The translations under genes and the position numbers were made by a program. Under the pieces are notes generated by a model. That model was not told the origin of the DNA. It ran no database searches and worked only from the letters and a program-made list of their open reading frames with translations. Of a DNA stretch of 64,000 nucleotides, positions 13,357 to 23,423 are shown in pieces. The stretch's first letter is position 1, and every line of letters begins with the position of its first letter. The DNA comes from Pirellulales bacterium (GTDB lineage Bacteria; Planctomycetota; Planctomycetia; Pirellulales; JAEUIK01): positions 136,328 to 200,327 of the forward strand of contig JBFXAH010000007.1 of assembly GCA_050184475.1 (NCBI GenBank), read 5' to 3'.

Positions 13357-14271
13357 ATGCAGGCGGACCCAACCAATCCCGACCCCAACCGCAGCTCGCC
13401 GGCTGCCGGCGACAGCGACGCCGGCAGCGGTGCAAAACCGGGGCCGCCGGGCGACGCTGCCGGCGAAGGTTCGCTCCCCAAAGCGTCGGGCGAGGCTTCC
13501 ACACCGCTACGCACCTGGCTGGCCTTCTTGTTGCCGTTTGCGCTCTACATGGCGCTCAATTCGCTCGAGCCGGCCGCCACGGCGCCCGCCAATCCGCCAA
13601 CCGACGCCGCCACTGCCGCTGAAGGTCAAGACACGGCGGCCGCGAATTGGCTCGGGCTGGAGCGACGACATTACCCGCTAATCTACATCCTCAAGATTGG
13701 GCTGGTAACGGCCAGCCTGGCGCCGTTCTGGCCGGTCTATCGGCAGATCGGCGGCCGCATCAGTCCTTGGGCTTGGCTGGTCGGTGCGGTGGGAACGGCC
13801 ATTTGGGTGGGGGTCTGCAAGCTTGGACTCGAAGACCGGCTGCTCGGTCCTCTGGGGCTCGGCAAGCTGCTGGGGCTGGGTGCCCGCACGGCCTTCGATC
13901 CCCTTACCGAACTTGGCGCGAACGGGGCACTTGCGTACGGCTTCCTGGCGATTCGGTTCATCGGCCTGGCGTTGGTCGTACCGGTCATCGAGGAGCTATT
14001 CCTGCGCGGCTTCGTGATGCGTTATTTGACCGACCCCGATTGGTGGAAGGTATCGCTGGGGGCCGTCACCCCGACGGCCATCGCCATCACGACGGCACTG
14101 GCCATGGCGATGCACCCGGCCGAACTGTTCGCCGAGCTGATCTGGTTTTCGTCGGTGACCCTCTTGATGCTGCGCACGCGCAACCTATGGGACTGCGTCG
14201 TGGCCCACGGGGTGACCAACCTGCTGTTGGGCATTTACGTGGTGGCCACCGGCGAGTGGCACTTCTGGTAA
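13357..14271 (+). CDS. CPBP-family intramembrane glutamic endopeptidase (CAAX protease-like)
   Basis: PVIEELFLRGF (EExxxR) and VAHGVTNLLLG motifs are present, with multiple TM segments. The N-terminus is low-complexity. The start is either ATG 13357 or TTG 13312. Confidence 0.75.
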   Translation: MQADPTNPDPNRSSPAAGDSDAGSGAKPGPPGDAAGEGSLPKASGEASTPLRTWLAFLLPFALYMALNSLEPAATAPANPPTDAATAAEGQDTAAANWLGLERRHYPLIYILKIGLVTASLAPFWPVYRQIGGRISPWAWLVGAVGTAIWVGVCKLGLEDRLLGPLGLGKLLGLGARTAFDPLTELGANGALAYGFLAIRFIGLALVVPVIEELFLRGFVMRYLTDPDWWKVSLGAVTPTAIAITTALAMAMHPAELFAELIWFSSVTLLMLRTRNLWDCVVAHGVTNLLLGIYVVATGEWHFW

Positions 14272-14509
14272 GTAGCCGTGAAATCCGTAGTAAGCGGCCG
14301 CGGGCCCTCGCAGGTGATTTACGACCGCTCGTCTGCCGGATTACACTAAGCGGCCGTGGGACGGGGAAACGATTGTCTGCCAAACGGGGGGACAGGCGTG
14401 GGTCCGCCTGCTGGGGGTGGACGCGTTCGGGCGAATATCGGGCTCGATATTCGCCCCCCAAATCACAACCAGGCCCAAAACTACCAGGTAGTTTTCGAGG
14501 AGCATTCAG

Positions 14510-15679
14510 ATGCACGCACGAGCTGTCGCAGTCGCGCTGGTCGCGGCCCTGGTCGCGCTGGTTGCCGGCCCGACCGACGCCGCGGAAAAGAAGGCCTCGA
14601 AGATCACCTTCAAGAAGGTGCATCTCGACAACAAGTTCCGCAGCGAAGGTTGCTGCGTCGGCGACTTCAATAACGACGGCAAGCTTGATATCGCGGCCGG
14701 CAGCGTCTACTACGCGGCGCCCGATTGGAAGCCAAACTTGATCATCGACCCACCCGAGGAATTCGACCCCGCGGCGTATAGCCATTCGTTCTGCAACTTC
14801 GCGCAGGACCTCAACGGCGACGGCTGGACGGACCTGATCGTGGTCGATTTCCCCGGTCAGCAGACCTGGTGGTTCGAGAACCCGCAAACTTCTGGCGGTC
14901 CTTGGAAGCGGCACGAATGCGTGCCGGTGACCAATAACGAAAGCCCGACGTTCCTGGATGTCGACGGCGACGGCCGCCGGGAGTTGGTGTTCGCCGATGG
15001 CGAGCATCGCATGGCCTTGGCCCGCCCCGGCAAGCAGCCGGCCGACAAATGGAACATCCAGGCGATCTCGGTGCCCAAGGCGCCGGGGACCGACAAGTTT
15101 TCGCACGGGCTGGGGGTCGGCGACGTCAACGGCGATGGCCGCAACGACGTGATCAGCATTGGCGGCTGGTGGGAGCAGCCCGAGCAAGACGCCTCGGCCG
15201 GCGAATGGAAGTTCCATGCCGGCGAGTTGGGGCCGTTGTGCGCGAATATGTACGCGTACGATTTCGACGGCGACGGCGATAACGATATCGTCAGCAGCAG
15301 CGCGCACCAGTCGGGCATTTGGTGGCACGAGCAAACGTCCGACGGCTGGAAACTCCACGAGATCGACTCCAGCTTCTCGCAGACCCACAGCCTGTGCTTC
15401 GCCGACATCAACAGCGACGGGCTCCCCGACCTGGTGACCGGCAAGCGTTGGTGGGCCCACGGAGCGAAAGGAGACCCCGGCAGCGATCAGCCGGCGGTGA
15501 TGTACTGGTTCGAGTTCTCGCGCGCGGGGGGCAAGCCGACCTGGACGCCGCACGAGTTCGACCACGACAGCGGTGTCGGCACCCAGTTCGAGGTCGCCGA
15601 CATCAACGGCGACGGGCTGCTGGACGTGGCCACCGGGAACAAGAAGGGCGCCCACTATTTCGAACAGGTGCGCGAATAA
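14510..15679 (+). CDS. FG-GAP/VCBS repeat secreted protein
   Basis: A signal peptide (MHARAVAVALVAALVALVAGPTDA) is followed by seven DxNxDGxxD-type repeats, for example GDFNNDGKLDIAAG, DLNGDGWTDLIVV and ADINGDGLLDVATG. Confidence 0.85.
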   Translation: MHARAVAVALVAALVALVAGPTDAAEKKASKITFKKVHLDNKFRSEGCCVGDFNNDGKLDIAAGSVYYAAPDWKPNLIIDPPEEFDPAAYSHSFCNFAQDLNGDGWTDLIVVDFPGQQTWWFENPQTSGGPWKRHECVPVTNNESPTFLDVDGDGRRELVFADGEHRMALARPGKQPADKWNIQAISVPKAPGTDKFSHGLGVGDVNGDGRNDVISIGGWWEQPEQDASAGEWKFHAGELGPLCANMYAYDFDGDGDNDIVSSSAHQSGIWWHEQTSDGWKLHEIDSSFSQTHSLCFADINSDGLPDLVTGKRWWAHGAKGDPGSDQPAVMYWFEFSRAGGKPTWTPHEFDHDSGVGTQFEVADINGDGLLDVATGNKKGAHYFEQVRE

Positions 15680-15682
15680 TTG

Positions 15683-16999
15683 ATGTCAAGCTCGACGCTG
15701 TCGCGGCCGCCGCTAACCAAGTCCAACATTCATAAAGTCGCGATCTTGTTCGCCGGCGGACCGGCCCCGGCCGCCAACGCGGTGATCTCGACCGCCGCCT
15801 CGTCGTTTTTGCGCAACAACATCGAGGTGGTCGGCGCGCTGTATGGCTACTCGCAGTTGGTGAACTTCGGCCCCGATCGTCCGCTGCAGGAAGGGCGCGA
15901 CTTCATCAACATCACGCCGCGCACGCTCAAGCGGACCCGCAACACGCAGGGGATCTTGATCGGCACGGCGCGCACCAATCCCGGCAAGTTGGTAAGTCAG
16001 CGCGAGCACCTGGCCGATCCCGAGCGAACGGCCGAGCTGCGCGCCGTACACGCGGCGCTCTGCTCGATTAACGTCGACGCGCTCGTTTCGATCGGCGGCG
16101 ACGATACCTTGAAGACCGCCAACAAGTTTCGCGGCTTTCAGGACTATCTGCCCGAGGGCTCGAAGCGGATCCCCGTGGTCCATATCCCCAAGACGATCGA
16201 CAATGACTACATGGGGATCGATTTCACCTTCGGCTACTTCACGGCCGTGGAAACCCTGGCCAGCGAAATCCGCAATCTGCTGGCCGACGCCGAGTCGAAC
16301 CGCAGCTACTTCTTGACCGAGACCATGGGGCGCAGCGCCGGCTGGCTGGCCTATGGGGCCTCGATCGCCGGCGAAGCAAGCCTGGTGATCAGTGTCGAAG
16401 ACATCACCGGCAAGTACGTCACCGAAGAAACCTCGACCGATTCCGACACCGGCGAAACGGTGACCCGGCGGGTGATGGTCATCGAGCAAGTGGTCAAGCG
16501 GATCGTGGCCACGATGCGGGCCCGCGACGAGATGGAGGGAAAAGAATTCGGCGTGATCATTCTGGCCGAAGGCCTGGCCGAGTATCTCCCCGCAGAGTAT
16601 CTCAAGGGGGTGGGACGCGACGAGCATGGCCACATTTCGATCTCGAAAGTGAACCTCTGCAGAATCTTCTCGAAGCTCGTGGCCGACGAATATAAGCGAC
16701 AAACCGGTCGCACGCGCCGCGTGACCGGCTTGCAACTGGGCTATGAGTCAAGGTGTGCCCGGCCGCACGCCTTCGACGTAATGCTCGGTAGCCAGTTGGG
16801 GGTGGGGGCGTACCGGGCGCTGGTCGAGAAGCAGCTCGACGGCGTGATGGTCTCGGTGATGGGGCAGCTCGAACTGAACTACGTGAACTTCAGCGAGCTG
16901 ATTGATGGCGAAACGCTGGTAACACACGTGCGGTACGTGGTGCCGGGGAGCGATTTCCATCGCCTGGCGCGGTTCTTGGAAACGTACGTGAATGAATAG
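15683..16999 (+). CDS. pfp: pyrophosphate-dependent 6-phosphofructokinase
   Basis: GGDDT replaces GGDGS and PKTIDND replaces PGTIDND. These are the Asp/Lys signature of PPi-PFKs. An MGR motif is also present. The ATG lies 3 nt after the upstream stop. Confidence 0.85.
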   Translation: MSSSTLSRPPLTKSNIHKVAILFAGGPAPAANAVISTAASSFLRNNIEVVGALYGYSQLVNFGPDRPLQEGRDFINITPRTLKRTRNTQGILIGTARTNPGKLVSQREHLADPERTAELRAVHAALCSINVDALVSIGGDDTLKTANKFRGFQDYLPEGSKRIPVVHIPKTIDNDYMGIDFTFGYFTAVETLASEIRNLLADAESNRSYFLTETMGRSAGWLAYGASIAGEASLVISVEDITGKYVTEETSTDSDTGETVTRRVMVIEQVVKRIVATMRARDEMEGKEFGVIILAEGLAEYLPAEYLKGVGRDEHGHISISKVNLCRIFSKLVADEYKRQTGRTRRVTGLQLGYESRCARPHAFDVMLGSQLGVGAYRALVEKQLDGVMVSVMGQLELNYVNFSELIDGETLVTHVRYVVPGSDFHRLARFLETYVNE

Positions 17000-17120
17000 C
17001 GCCGGATTGTGTGGCCCGCTGCGCTGCGCGCACAAATGGGTCGCGTCTAAGCCCAGGGAAGCCGGCCAGCGACCTTGCTTGTGGCGAGTGCCGTATACGG
17101 GCTTCCGCTGGGCTTGGTCT

Positions 17121-17645
17121 CTAAGAAGCTATTGCGTGTCTCGCCAGCCGGGCACGGCGCACGAGCGCCCAAATGCAGATCGTGATTCCGCCGACGAAAC
17201 CCACGCCGTACGCGGCGTTGTGCGCCCACAAGTCGGCCAGAAACCGTACCTGCTTGTCGCGCGGCACTTCGCTGGCCAACGGTTCGACGAGCCAAACGTA
17301 CCCGGCTTCGGCGGCGAAGTATCCGGCGATGCCAGCGGCCAATGAGCCGACGGCCATCGCCGCCAAGAGCATCAAGACCGGCCGGCGCAGGTCGGCGGCC
17401 GAGAGCTTCGGCCAGCTTCCCACGCGCGAAGTGAGGACTGCCGGCACCGACAACATCGCGCCGACCCACCAGGTGGCGATGATCCCCCAGCCGAGGGCCA
17501 ACAGCGTCGGCGACTCTGTGTCGAAGATCGGCGGATGTCCGATCGTGAAATATTCGACCGAGACGCGCGCCGTCACCTGGTCGTGCGCGATGCCGTAGCA
17601 GATCGCCGCGCCGATGCACAGCGCCATGATCTTGAGCGATTGCAT
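17121..17645 (-). CDS. hypothetical polytopic membrane protein
   Basis: 174 aa with four or five hydrophobic segments. The gene lies 7 nt downstream of ispG on the same strand. I recognise no motif. Confidence 0.6.
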   Translation of the reverse strand: MQSLKIMALCIGAAICYGIAHDQVTARVSVEYFTIGHPPIFDTESPTLLALGWGIIATWWVGAMLSVPAVLTSRVGSWPKLSAADLRRPVLMLLAAMAVGSLAAGIAGYFAAEAGYVWLVEPLASEVPRDKQVRFLADLWAHNAAYGVGFVGGITICIWALVRRARLARHAIAS

Positions 17646-17652
17646 GGTAGCG

Positions 17653-18804
17653 CTACGGCGTAGCCAGTTGCCGGTCGGCGATCACGGCGTCGAGCTCTTG
17701 CTTCAATCGCGGCAAGATGGCGTCGTAGGGATACGCGCCGAGCTCTTCGCTGCCGCGCTTGAGGTTCACGAAGTTCGGCCCGCACCACAGCCCCAGGTCG
17801 GCATCGTCGGTTTCGCCCGGACCGTTCACGCGGCAACCCATCACGGCGATTGTGATCGCGAATTGCTCGGCGTAGCGCGTCATCTCCTTGACCTGCTGCG
17901 CCAGCTCGATGAAGGCCTCGTTCTCCACCCGCGAGCAGCTCGGGCAGCTGATGATGTTCATCGAGTTGCGGCCGAAGTCGACGACCGTGCGGACGCGACC
18001 GGCCGCGATGTCGGCCAGAATCTGCCGCCCGGCGTCGATCTCCTCGGGCTTGCGATTGTTGGGGACGGTGAGCGAAACGCGAATCGTGTCGCCGATGCCG
18101 CGGCTGATCAACTGCTCGAACGCGATTCGTGTTTTGATGACGCCATCGGGCGGCAAGCCTGCTTCGGTCACGCCCAGGTGCAGTGGCACGTCGGGCCGCT
18201 CGGCGGCGAAGCGGCGATTGACCTCGATCACTTTCTGCGGATCGGAATCCTTGAGCGAGACGCAGTAGCGCGTGTAGCCGAGGTTGTCCAACAATTCGCA
18301 GTGTTCCAGGGCGCTGGCCAGCATCGGGCCGATCGAATCGTCTTCGGCAAACCGCTCGGCGGCCGCGGGATCGACCGAGCCGCAATTGACGCCGACGCGC
18401 ATCGCGCAATCGTTGGCCACGGCCACCTCGGCCAGGAATTTTACTTTGTCTTGCCAGGGCTTTTGGCGCTCGTGGTGATAGAGATGCCCGGGGTTGTAAC
18501 GCACCTCGTCGACGTGCGGAGCTACCTGCACCGCCAGGCGATAATTTTCCTGCAGATCGACGGAGAGATTCGCCGTGGTTTGTTGGCGGATTTCGGCCAG
18601 AGCCTGGGCATCCTTGGCGCTGTCGACGGCAATTCGCACCAGATCGGCGCCGGCGGCAGCCAGGTCGTTCACCTGGGCGACCGTGGCGGCCACGTCCTGC
18701 GTGTGGGTGGCCGTCATACTTTGCACCGAAATCGGATGTTCGTGCCCGATCGAGTGGCTGCCGATGCGAACGCTGCGTGTGGGATTGCGAGGAAGGTCCA
18801 CCAA
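17653..18804 (-). CDS. ispG: 4-hydroxy-3-methylbut-2-en-1-yl diphosphate synthase
   Basis: 383 aa. The C-terminal Fe-S motifs ISCPSCSR and GCRVNGPGE are present, with a TIM-barrel N-terminal half (VRIAVDS...). Confidence 0.92.
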   Translation of the reverse strand: MVDLPRNPTRSVRIGSHSIGHEHPISVQSMTATHTQDVAATVAQVNDLAAAGADLVRIAVDSAKDAQALAEIRQQTTANLSVDLQENYRLAVQVAPHVDEVRYNPGHLYHHERQKPWQDKVKFLAEVAVANDCAMRVGVNCGSVDPAAAERFAEDDSIGPMLASALEHCELLDNLGYTRYCVSLKDSDPQKVIEVNRRFAAERPDVPLHLGVTEAGLPPDGVIKTRIAFEQLISRGIGDTIRVSLTVPNNRKPEEIDAGRQILADIAAGRVRTVVDFGRNSMNIISCPSCSRVENEAFIELAQQVKEMTRYAEQFAITIAVMGCRVNGPGETDDADLGLWCGPNFVNLKRGSEELGAYPYDAILPRLKQELDAVIADRQLATP

Positions 18805-19172
18805 TCAGGCTCCCGAGTTCACTTGCTATTGCAAAGCCGCGCCGGCCGTCATTCTAGACGAGCCAGCGGTCGAAGGTGCCACCCCCGTGGCCGCGACTTG
18901 TCTTGATTCTTGCGGGGGGGCCACCCGTTTGGCAACCGCGAAAGTGGTCACCCGGGCAACGGCTTAGGGCCGCGACAGCAACCCGATGCCAGCGGTCCCG
19001 ATCGAGTGGGCCCGTCGGGCTGCCGTCGGCAAAGTTTGCCCAACCGCTCCGCGGGGAACGTTCGGCACGCTTGGCCTAGCCTACCGCACCTTAGTCTCAA
19101 TCAACAAATAAGTTACAGCCGACGCGTTCGTTACGCGATGAATGGAGGGACGCTTCCTATCGATTATTTGGA

Positions 19173-20438
19173 ATGTGCTCAATGCGCGCAAGCTGGCGAC
19201 GGAATCTGGCGACTGCGGGGCTGCTAGTCGGCTGCCTGGCGACGGTGGTGCCAGGCATGGCTGCGCCCCCCGTCAGTTGCGGCTGCCCCGACGCGGAGAT
19301 GTTGCCGCTGGTGGAGCGAGGACAACTCGACCCGGCGGTCGACGAATTGCCGCCGCTGAACCCGTTGGGCATCGACGGATGGGAAGAGCAGCCCGAGTAT
19401 CGCGGCCTGACCCCCATCGAATGTCAGTGCTTGGCCGTGATGCACTCGGCACTGGGCAACATGCTGTCGGGCGAGCGTCGCGCCATGCGCGAGAAGGCCG
19501 AAATCTGCCACCCCGACCGCGTGGCCGAGGTCAAGCGACGTGTGCTGGCCTACGCTTCGGCCGAGGCCCGCAATCAGTCGGGTGGCGTGGGAATGGAACT
19601 GTATTTCCGCCTGGCCGAGGCCGAGGCCAAGCGCGACATCCTCGAGGAGAGTCTGAGCGAGATCCTGGCGGGCGAGGAGCGCCTGGCGGCGACCGTCGAG
19701 CAAGGGATCGAAGCGGCCGAGGCCCGCGACCGGTTGTTTCCGCAGCGTACGCAGTCGGTCGACGCGATGGTGGCCGTCGATTTGGCGATCGATCAGCTCA
19801 ACGCCCAACTGCGACGACAGCTTGGCTTTCGACAGGATAGTTATCCGTTTCGATTCTGGCCGGTGGTCGAGTTGCGGGTGACGGCCGAGCCGCTCGACGT
19901 CGAGGCCCTGGTGGCCAACGGCCTGGCGATGCGTCCCGAGCTCAATGCGATCCGTGTGGTGGGGAGCAATCTCGATCGCAGCACGTTGCCGGCGGTGCGC
20001 GACTTTCTCAAGACCGTGAGCCCGCTGATGGGCAACGACGCGCCCGATGGGCCGTGCAAGATGTTGTCGAAGCTCTACGCGCTCTGTTCGGGAGCCATTG
20101 GGGATGAGCTTGCCGAGCGCCGAGCGCAAATCATGCGGCACCTGGCCGAGCGCGAGCAGGCCGTGGCCGAAGAGATCCGCCAGGCGGTGATCCTCGTTGA
20201 AGCCCGCCTGCGACAGGTAGCCCTGGCCAAGGAGAAGCTCGAGGAAGCGAGCGAAACGGTACGGCAAACTCGTTCGCAGCACGAACACGCCGAAGCGACG
20301 TACTTCGACGTGCTGCGCGCGGTGTTGGTCGAGCAACAGTCACGCGCCGACCTGATCAGCGCCGTGGTCGGTTGGGAAATTGCCATGGTCAAGGTGCGCG
20401 AAGCCCAAGGGCTTTTGGTCTACGAGTGCTGCAACTAG
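19173..20438 (+). CDS. hypothetical lipoprotein, coiled-coil, possibly TolC/NodT-like outer-membrane factor
   Basis: The signal peptide has a lipobox-like LLVGC. The rest is long Ala/Glu/Arg-rich helical sequence resembling outer-membrane efflux proteins. No MFP or RND partner lies adjacent. This is a weak call. Confidence 0.35.
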   Translation: MCSMRASWRRNLATAGLLVGCLATVVPGMAAPPVSCGCPDAEMLPLVERGQLDPAVDELPPLNPLGIDGWEEQPEYRGLTPIECQCLAVMHSALGNMLSGERRAMREKAEICHPDRVAEVKRRVLAYASAEARNQSGGVGMELYFRLAEAEAKRDILEESLSEILAGEERLAATVEQGIEAAEARDRLFPQRTQSVDAMVAVDLAIDQLNAQLRRQLGFRQDSYPFRFWPVVELRVTAEPLDVEALVANGLAMRPELNAIRVVGSNLDRSTLPAVRDFLKTVSPLMGNDAPDGPCKMLSKLYALCSGAIGDELAERRAQIMRHLAEREQAVAEEIRQAVILVEARLRQVALAKEKLEEASETVRQTRSQHEHAEATYFDVLRAVLVEQQSRADLISAVVGWEIAMVKVREAQGLLVYECCN

Positions 20439-20656
20439 ATCGGGGCTAGTTGTCCGCGGTTGATGTCCAGCGCGATCGACTGCGGCGTTTGGACGGTCTG
20501 CCTTTGTGTGTTTGCTGGCGATCGCCAGCGTTGCAATTCCGGCGAAAGTCACGGCCGACTTGCTTGAAGCGCGCAGCCGGCCGGGCGATAATTCGACCGT
20601 CTCGCACTCGATTCTCTTCCCTGTGGTCATTTCTTTCCGAAGGGGTGGTAGCTGTC

Positions 20657-21838
20657 ATGCGGCGAATTGCCTTGCACGCGGTGATTTACCTGGGGTATTG
20701 CACAGCGGCAAGCCTGGCCCGCGAGCCGCAGCCGCCGAAACCTCCTGGCGAGCCGGCGGCCGCCGAATATGGCGAGTTCGTCGACGAACTGACCAAGACG
20801 ATGAACGCCCGCGATCCGGCGTTCTTTCAGGAGGGCCTCAACGAAGAGGAAATGGTGGAGCGCGCGCTCAAGGGCCTGCCGCCGGAGCGCGAGATTTCCG
20901 AGGGTTTGCTGCTGGGAATCAGCCAACAGGGGAATCTTCCCGACGCGATCGTGCGCGCGCTGGGAGACAAGGGAAGCTACCTGCCGCTGTGGGTGCGCAC
21001 CGTAAATGGCAAAACGCGCGTCTTGATGCGCATGGTGACGAGCGAGGGGACGCTCAACTATCACGAGTTCTTGCTCCTCAAGAATGCGCTGGGGCGCATC
21101 GAGGCGGTCGATGTATACGTGTTCGTTACCGGTGAGTTGATGAGTCAGACGTTGCGTCGCGGCGCGTTGACCTTGATCGCCGAAAAGAAGAAATCGCTGG
21201 TAACACGGCTGCTCGAGGGGGATCAGAATTTTCTCAAGCACGTCGACACGATTACCGCGATCCATCAAGCGAATCAAGGCGGTCAGTATCAACGAGTGCT
21301 CGACCTGTATGCCAAGCTGCCCGCCAAGATGCAGGCCGACAAAGCGCTCATGATAGCTCGCATTCAAGCGGCGCTGCACGTCGGCGACGAAGCGTATCTG
21401 GCCGCCTTGGATGACTTCGCCAAGCAATTCCCCAACGATCCGGCCGGCGACCTGATGCTGCTCGACGCCACCTTTCTGCACAAGGACTACGATAAGTGCC
21501 TGGCGACCGTCGATTCGCTCGATAAGCGTCTGGGTGGTGACCCCTACCTGAATACGTTTCGCGCGAGCGTGGCGCTCGTGCAGGGAAAGACCGACGAAGC
21601 CAAGAAGTTCTTCGAGGCGGTCATTGCCGGCGCGCCCGGGGTCGTGCAGCCTTACTTCGCGTTGGTGGAGATCTCCCTCGCCCAGATGGACTTTGCCGAG
21701 ACGGCGCGCTTGATGACCGTCTTGGAGAACGAGCTGGGGATGCGCTTTCCCGACGACCTGTCGCAGGTCGAGATCTTTCAGCCCTTCGTCGAGTCACCCG
21801 AATACGGGGCCTGGCAGGCCAAACGCCGCCAGCCGTAG
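20657..21838 (+). CDS. hypothetical secreted protein with TPR-like C-terminal half
   Basis: This is the inner ATG of ORF 20450..21838. MRRIALHAVIYLGYCTAASLA is a signal peptide. The C-terminal half is helical-repeat-like. Confidence 0.6.
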   Translation: MRRIALHAVIYLGYCTAASLAREPQPPKPPGEPAAAEYGEFVDELTKTMNARDPAFFQEGLNEEEMVERALKGLPPEREISEGLLLGISQQGNLPDAIVRALGDKGSYLPLWVRTVNGKTRVLMRMVTSEGTLNYHEFLLLKNALGRIEAVDVYVFVTGELMSQTLRRGALTLIAEKKKSLVTRLLEGDQNFLKHVDTITAIHQANQGGQYQRVLDLYAKLPAKMQADKALMIARIQAALHVGDEAYLAALDDFAKQFPNDPAGDLMLLDATFLHKDYDKCLATVDSLDKRLGGDPYLNTFRASVALVQGKTDEAKKFFEAVIAGAPGVVQPYFALVEISLAQMDFAETARLMTVLENELGMRFPDDLSQVEIFQPFVESPEYGAWQAKRRQP

Positions 21839-21892
21839 GCGACTCGACGGCCGCTCAACGTCGGGCCAACTCGATCGTTCCGCTGCGGCTGG

Positions 21893-23362
21893 TTATTTCG
21901 CCGGGATCAATTCGAAACAGACCAGCCGATCTCGGCCGCGGACGTAGAGCAAGCCGTGCGACAAGACCGGCGCGGCCCAGGCCGGGTACTCGAGCAGCGG
22001 AACCGGTGCGAAGCCTGCTTCGACTGGTTCGCTGCGCACCGGGCGCACACGCGCGACCGGCTCGTAGGCGTCGGGCGTTGCTTTAAGCAAAATCAACTCC
22101 CCGTACTCGGTCAGGCAGACGAAGTGCCCGTCGACGTACAAGAGCGAGGATCGCGTCAGTTCGCCCTGGCTCCACATCACGCGGCCGGTGCGCAGTTCGA
22201 CGCATCGCAATTCGGCGTTCTCGGCATGGCGGCCGCTCGAAGCGTACAGGTAGCCCTCGTGATGGATGGCCGTGTTCCAATGTGTCTCGAGCGCCTTGTC
22301 GCGGCGACGCTCGGCGTCGGACCAGACAACCTCGCAGTCGCCGTCGGGCTGTATTCTCAGTAAGGCGCTCCCCGGTCCATACGTTTCGGAGATAAAGACC
22401 AGGTCGCCGACCACAACCGGGTTGCTGGCGTTAACGCTTTCGAGAACCGTCGCTCGCCAGGGGAAGTGAAAACCGACCTTGCCGGTTGCCGGGTCGAAGC
22501 CTAGCAGCCCGCCGCGGGCGAAGTGAAAGCACCAACGACGATCACCCACGGTCGCGGCGACGGGGCTGGCATAGCTGGCCAACTCGTCCCCCGTGCGATA
22601 GCGCGGCTGGCCGCTGAGTTTGTCGAACGCCACGACTCCCGAACCGTTGGCTTTCACTCGATCGAGCTGGCCTCGCGGTATCCGCTGCGCTTCGGGTGGA
22701 CTGCCTCCAACCGGCACGATCAGCAGGTCTCCCTCGATGAGTGGCGTGCTGCCGACTCCGAAGAAATTCTCGACAACGCCGTACTTCTGGTGTGTGTCGA
22801 GACGCCACAGGGGGCGTCCGTCGGCAACGTGCAGGCAGTGGAGCATTCCCTGGGCGCCGTAAATGTAGACGCGATCGTCGTCGACGACCGGCGAACAGCG
22901 CGGACCGTTGTCATAGCCATACATGTCTTCGAAGTCAGTTTGATAAGTGAACTCCCAGAGCTTGTGGCCCGTTTCGCTTTCCAGCGCGACCAGGCGTTCG
23001 CGATCGCCGATGCGATCGAATTGAAAGAGCCGCCCGGCGCTGATGGCCGGCGAACCATATCCTGTTCCCAGGCGGCGCTGCCAGACAATGGGCAGGCCCT
23101 CGGCAGGCCACTCGGTGAGAATGCCGCGCTCCGACGAATTACTGTCGTGCGTCGGTCCGAGGAAGCAGGGCCAGTCGACGCCAGGGCGCGTGGAAGGCGG
23201 GGCTGCCTTGGACGTCGCATCGCCCTCAGCGACGCTCGATGGTGTCGCATCGGGCGATGGTTCATCGGCCAGCGGTTCATCTGCCTGCAGAATTGCCTGC
23301 CACGTTAGAGAGATGCCAATCAATAGAGCAATCCTGGCGAATGAACTGCGCATATACGGCAT
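21893..23362 (-). CDS. PQQ-like beta-propeller repeat protein (BamB-like fold)
   Basis: I chose the inner ATG 23362 (MPYMRSSFARIALLIGISLTWQAILQA, a signal peptide). Propeller blades recur, for example DDRVYIYGAQGMLHCLHVADGRPLWR and GRVMWSQ. Confidence 0.75.
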   Translation of the reverse strand: MPYMRSSFARIALLIGISLTWQAILQADEPLADEPSPDATPSSVAEGDATSKAAPPSTRPGVDWPCFLGPTHDSNSSERGILTEWPAEGLPIVWQRRLGTGYGSPAISAGRLFQFDRIGDRERLVALESETGHKLWEFTYQTDFEDMYGYDNGPRCSPVVDDDRVYIYGAQGMLHCLHVADGRPLWRLDTHQKYGVVENFFGVGSTPLIEGDLLIVPVGGSPPEAQRIPRGQLDRVKANGSGVVAFDKLSGQPRYRTGDELASYASPVAATVGDRRWCFHFARGGLLGFDPATGKVGFHFPWRATVLESVNASNPVVVGDLVFISETYGPGSALLRIQPDGDCEVVWSDAERRRDKALETHWNTAIHHEGYLYASSGRHAENAELRCVELRTGRVMWSQGELTRSSLLYVDGHFVCLTEYGELILLKATPDAYEPVARVRPVRSEPVEAGFAPVPLLEYPAWAAPVLSHGLLYVRGRDRLVCFELIPAK

Positions 23363-23423
23363 GACGATTCCTCGAAGTTCTCGAAGGCGAGGGGAAGGCG
23401 CGCTTTGCGGATTAGCGGCAGGA

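Noticed and set aside
14087-15655. 522-aa minus-strand ORF opposite the FG-GAP gene. The same pattern occurs at 55762-56928, 17614-18906, 7319-8494, 31841-33031, 34588-35811, 37092-38408, 39137-40369, 8712-9794, 5114-5935 and 5945-6739.
   Set aside because: All are antisense to genes with clear family signatures. They share the same Arg/Gly/Ala/Val-rich shadow-ORF composition.
17050-17114. Long-range inverted repeat AGCCCAGGGAAGCC ... GGCTTCCGCTGGGCT between convergent pfp and membrane-protein genes, considered as a bidirectional terminator
   Set aside because: The arms are interrupted by a bulge and separated by a 36-nt loop, with no U/A tracts on either side. The evidence is too weak to call.
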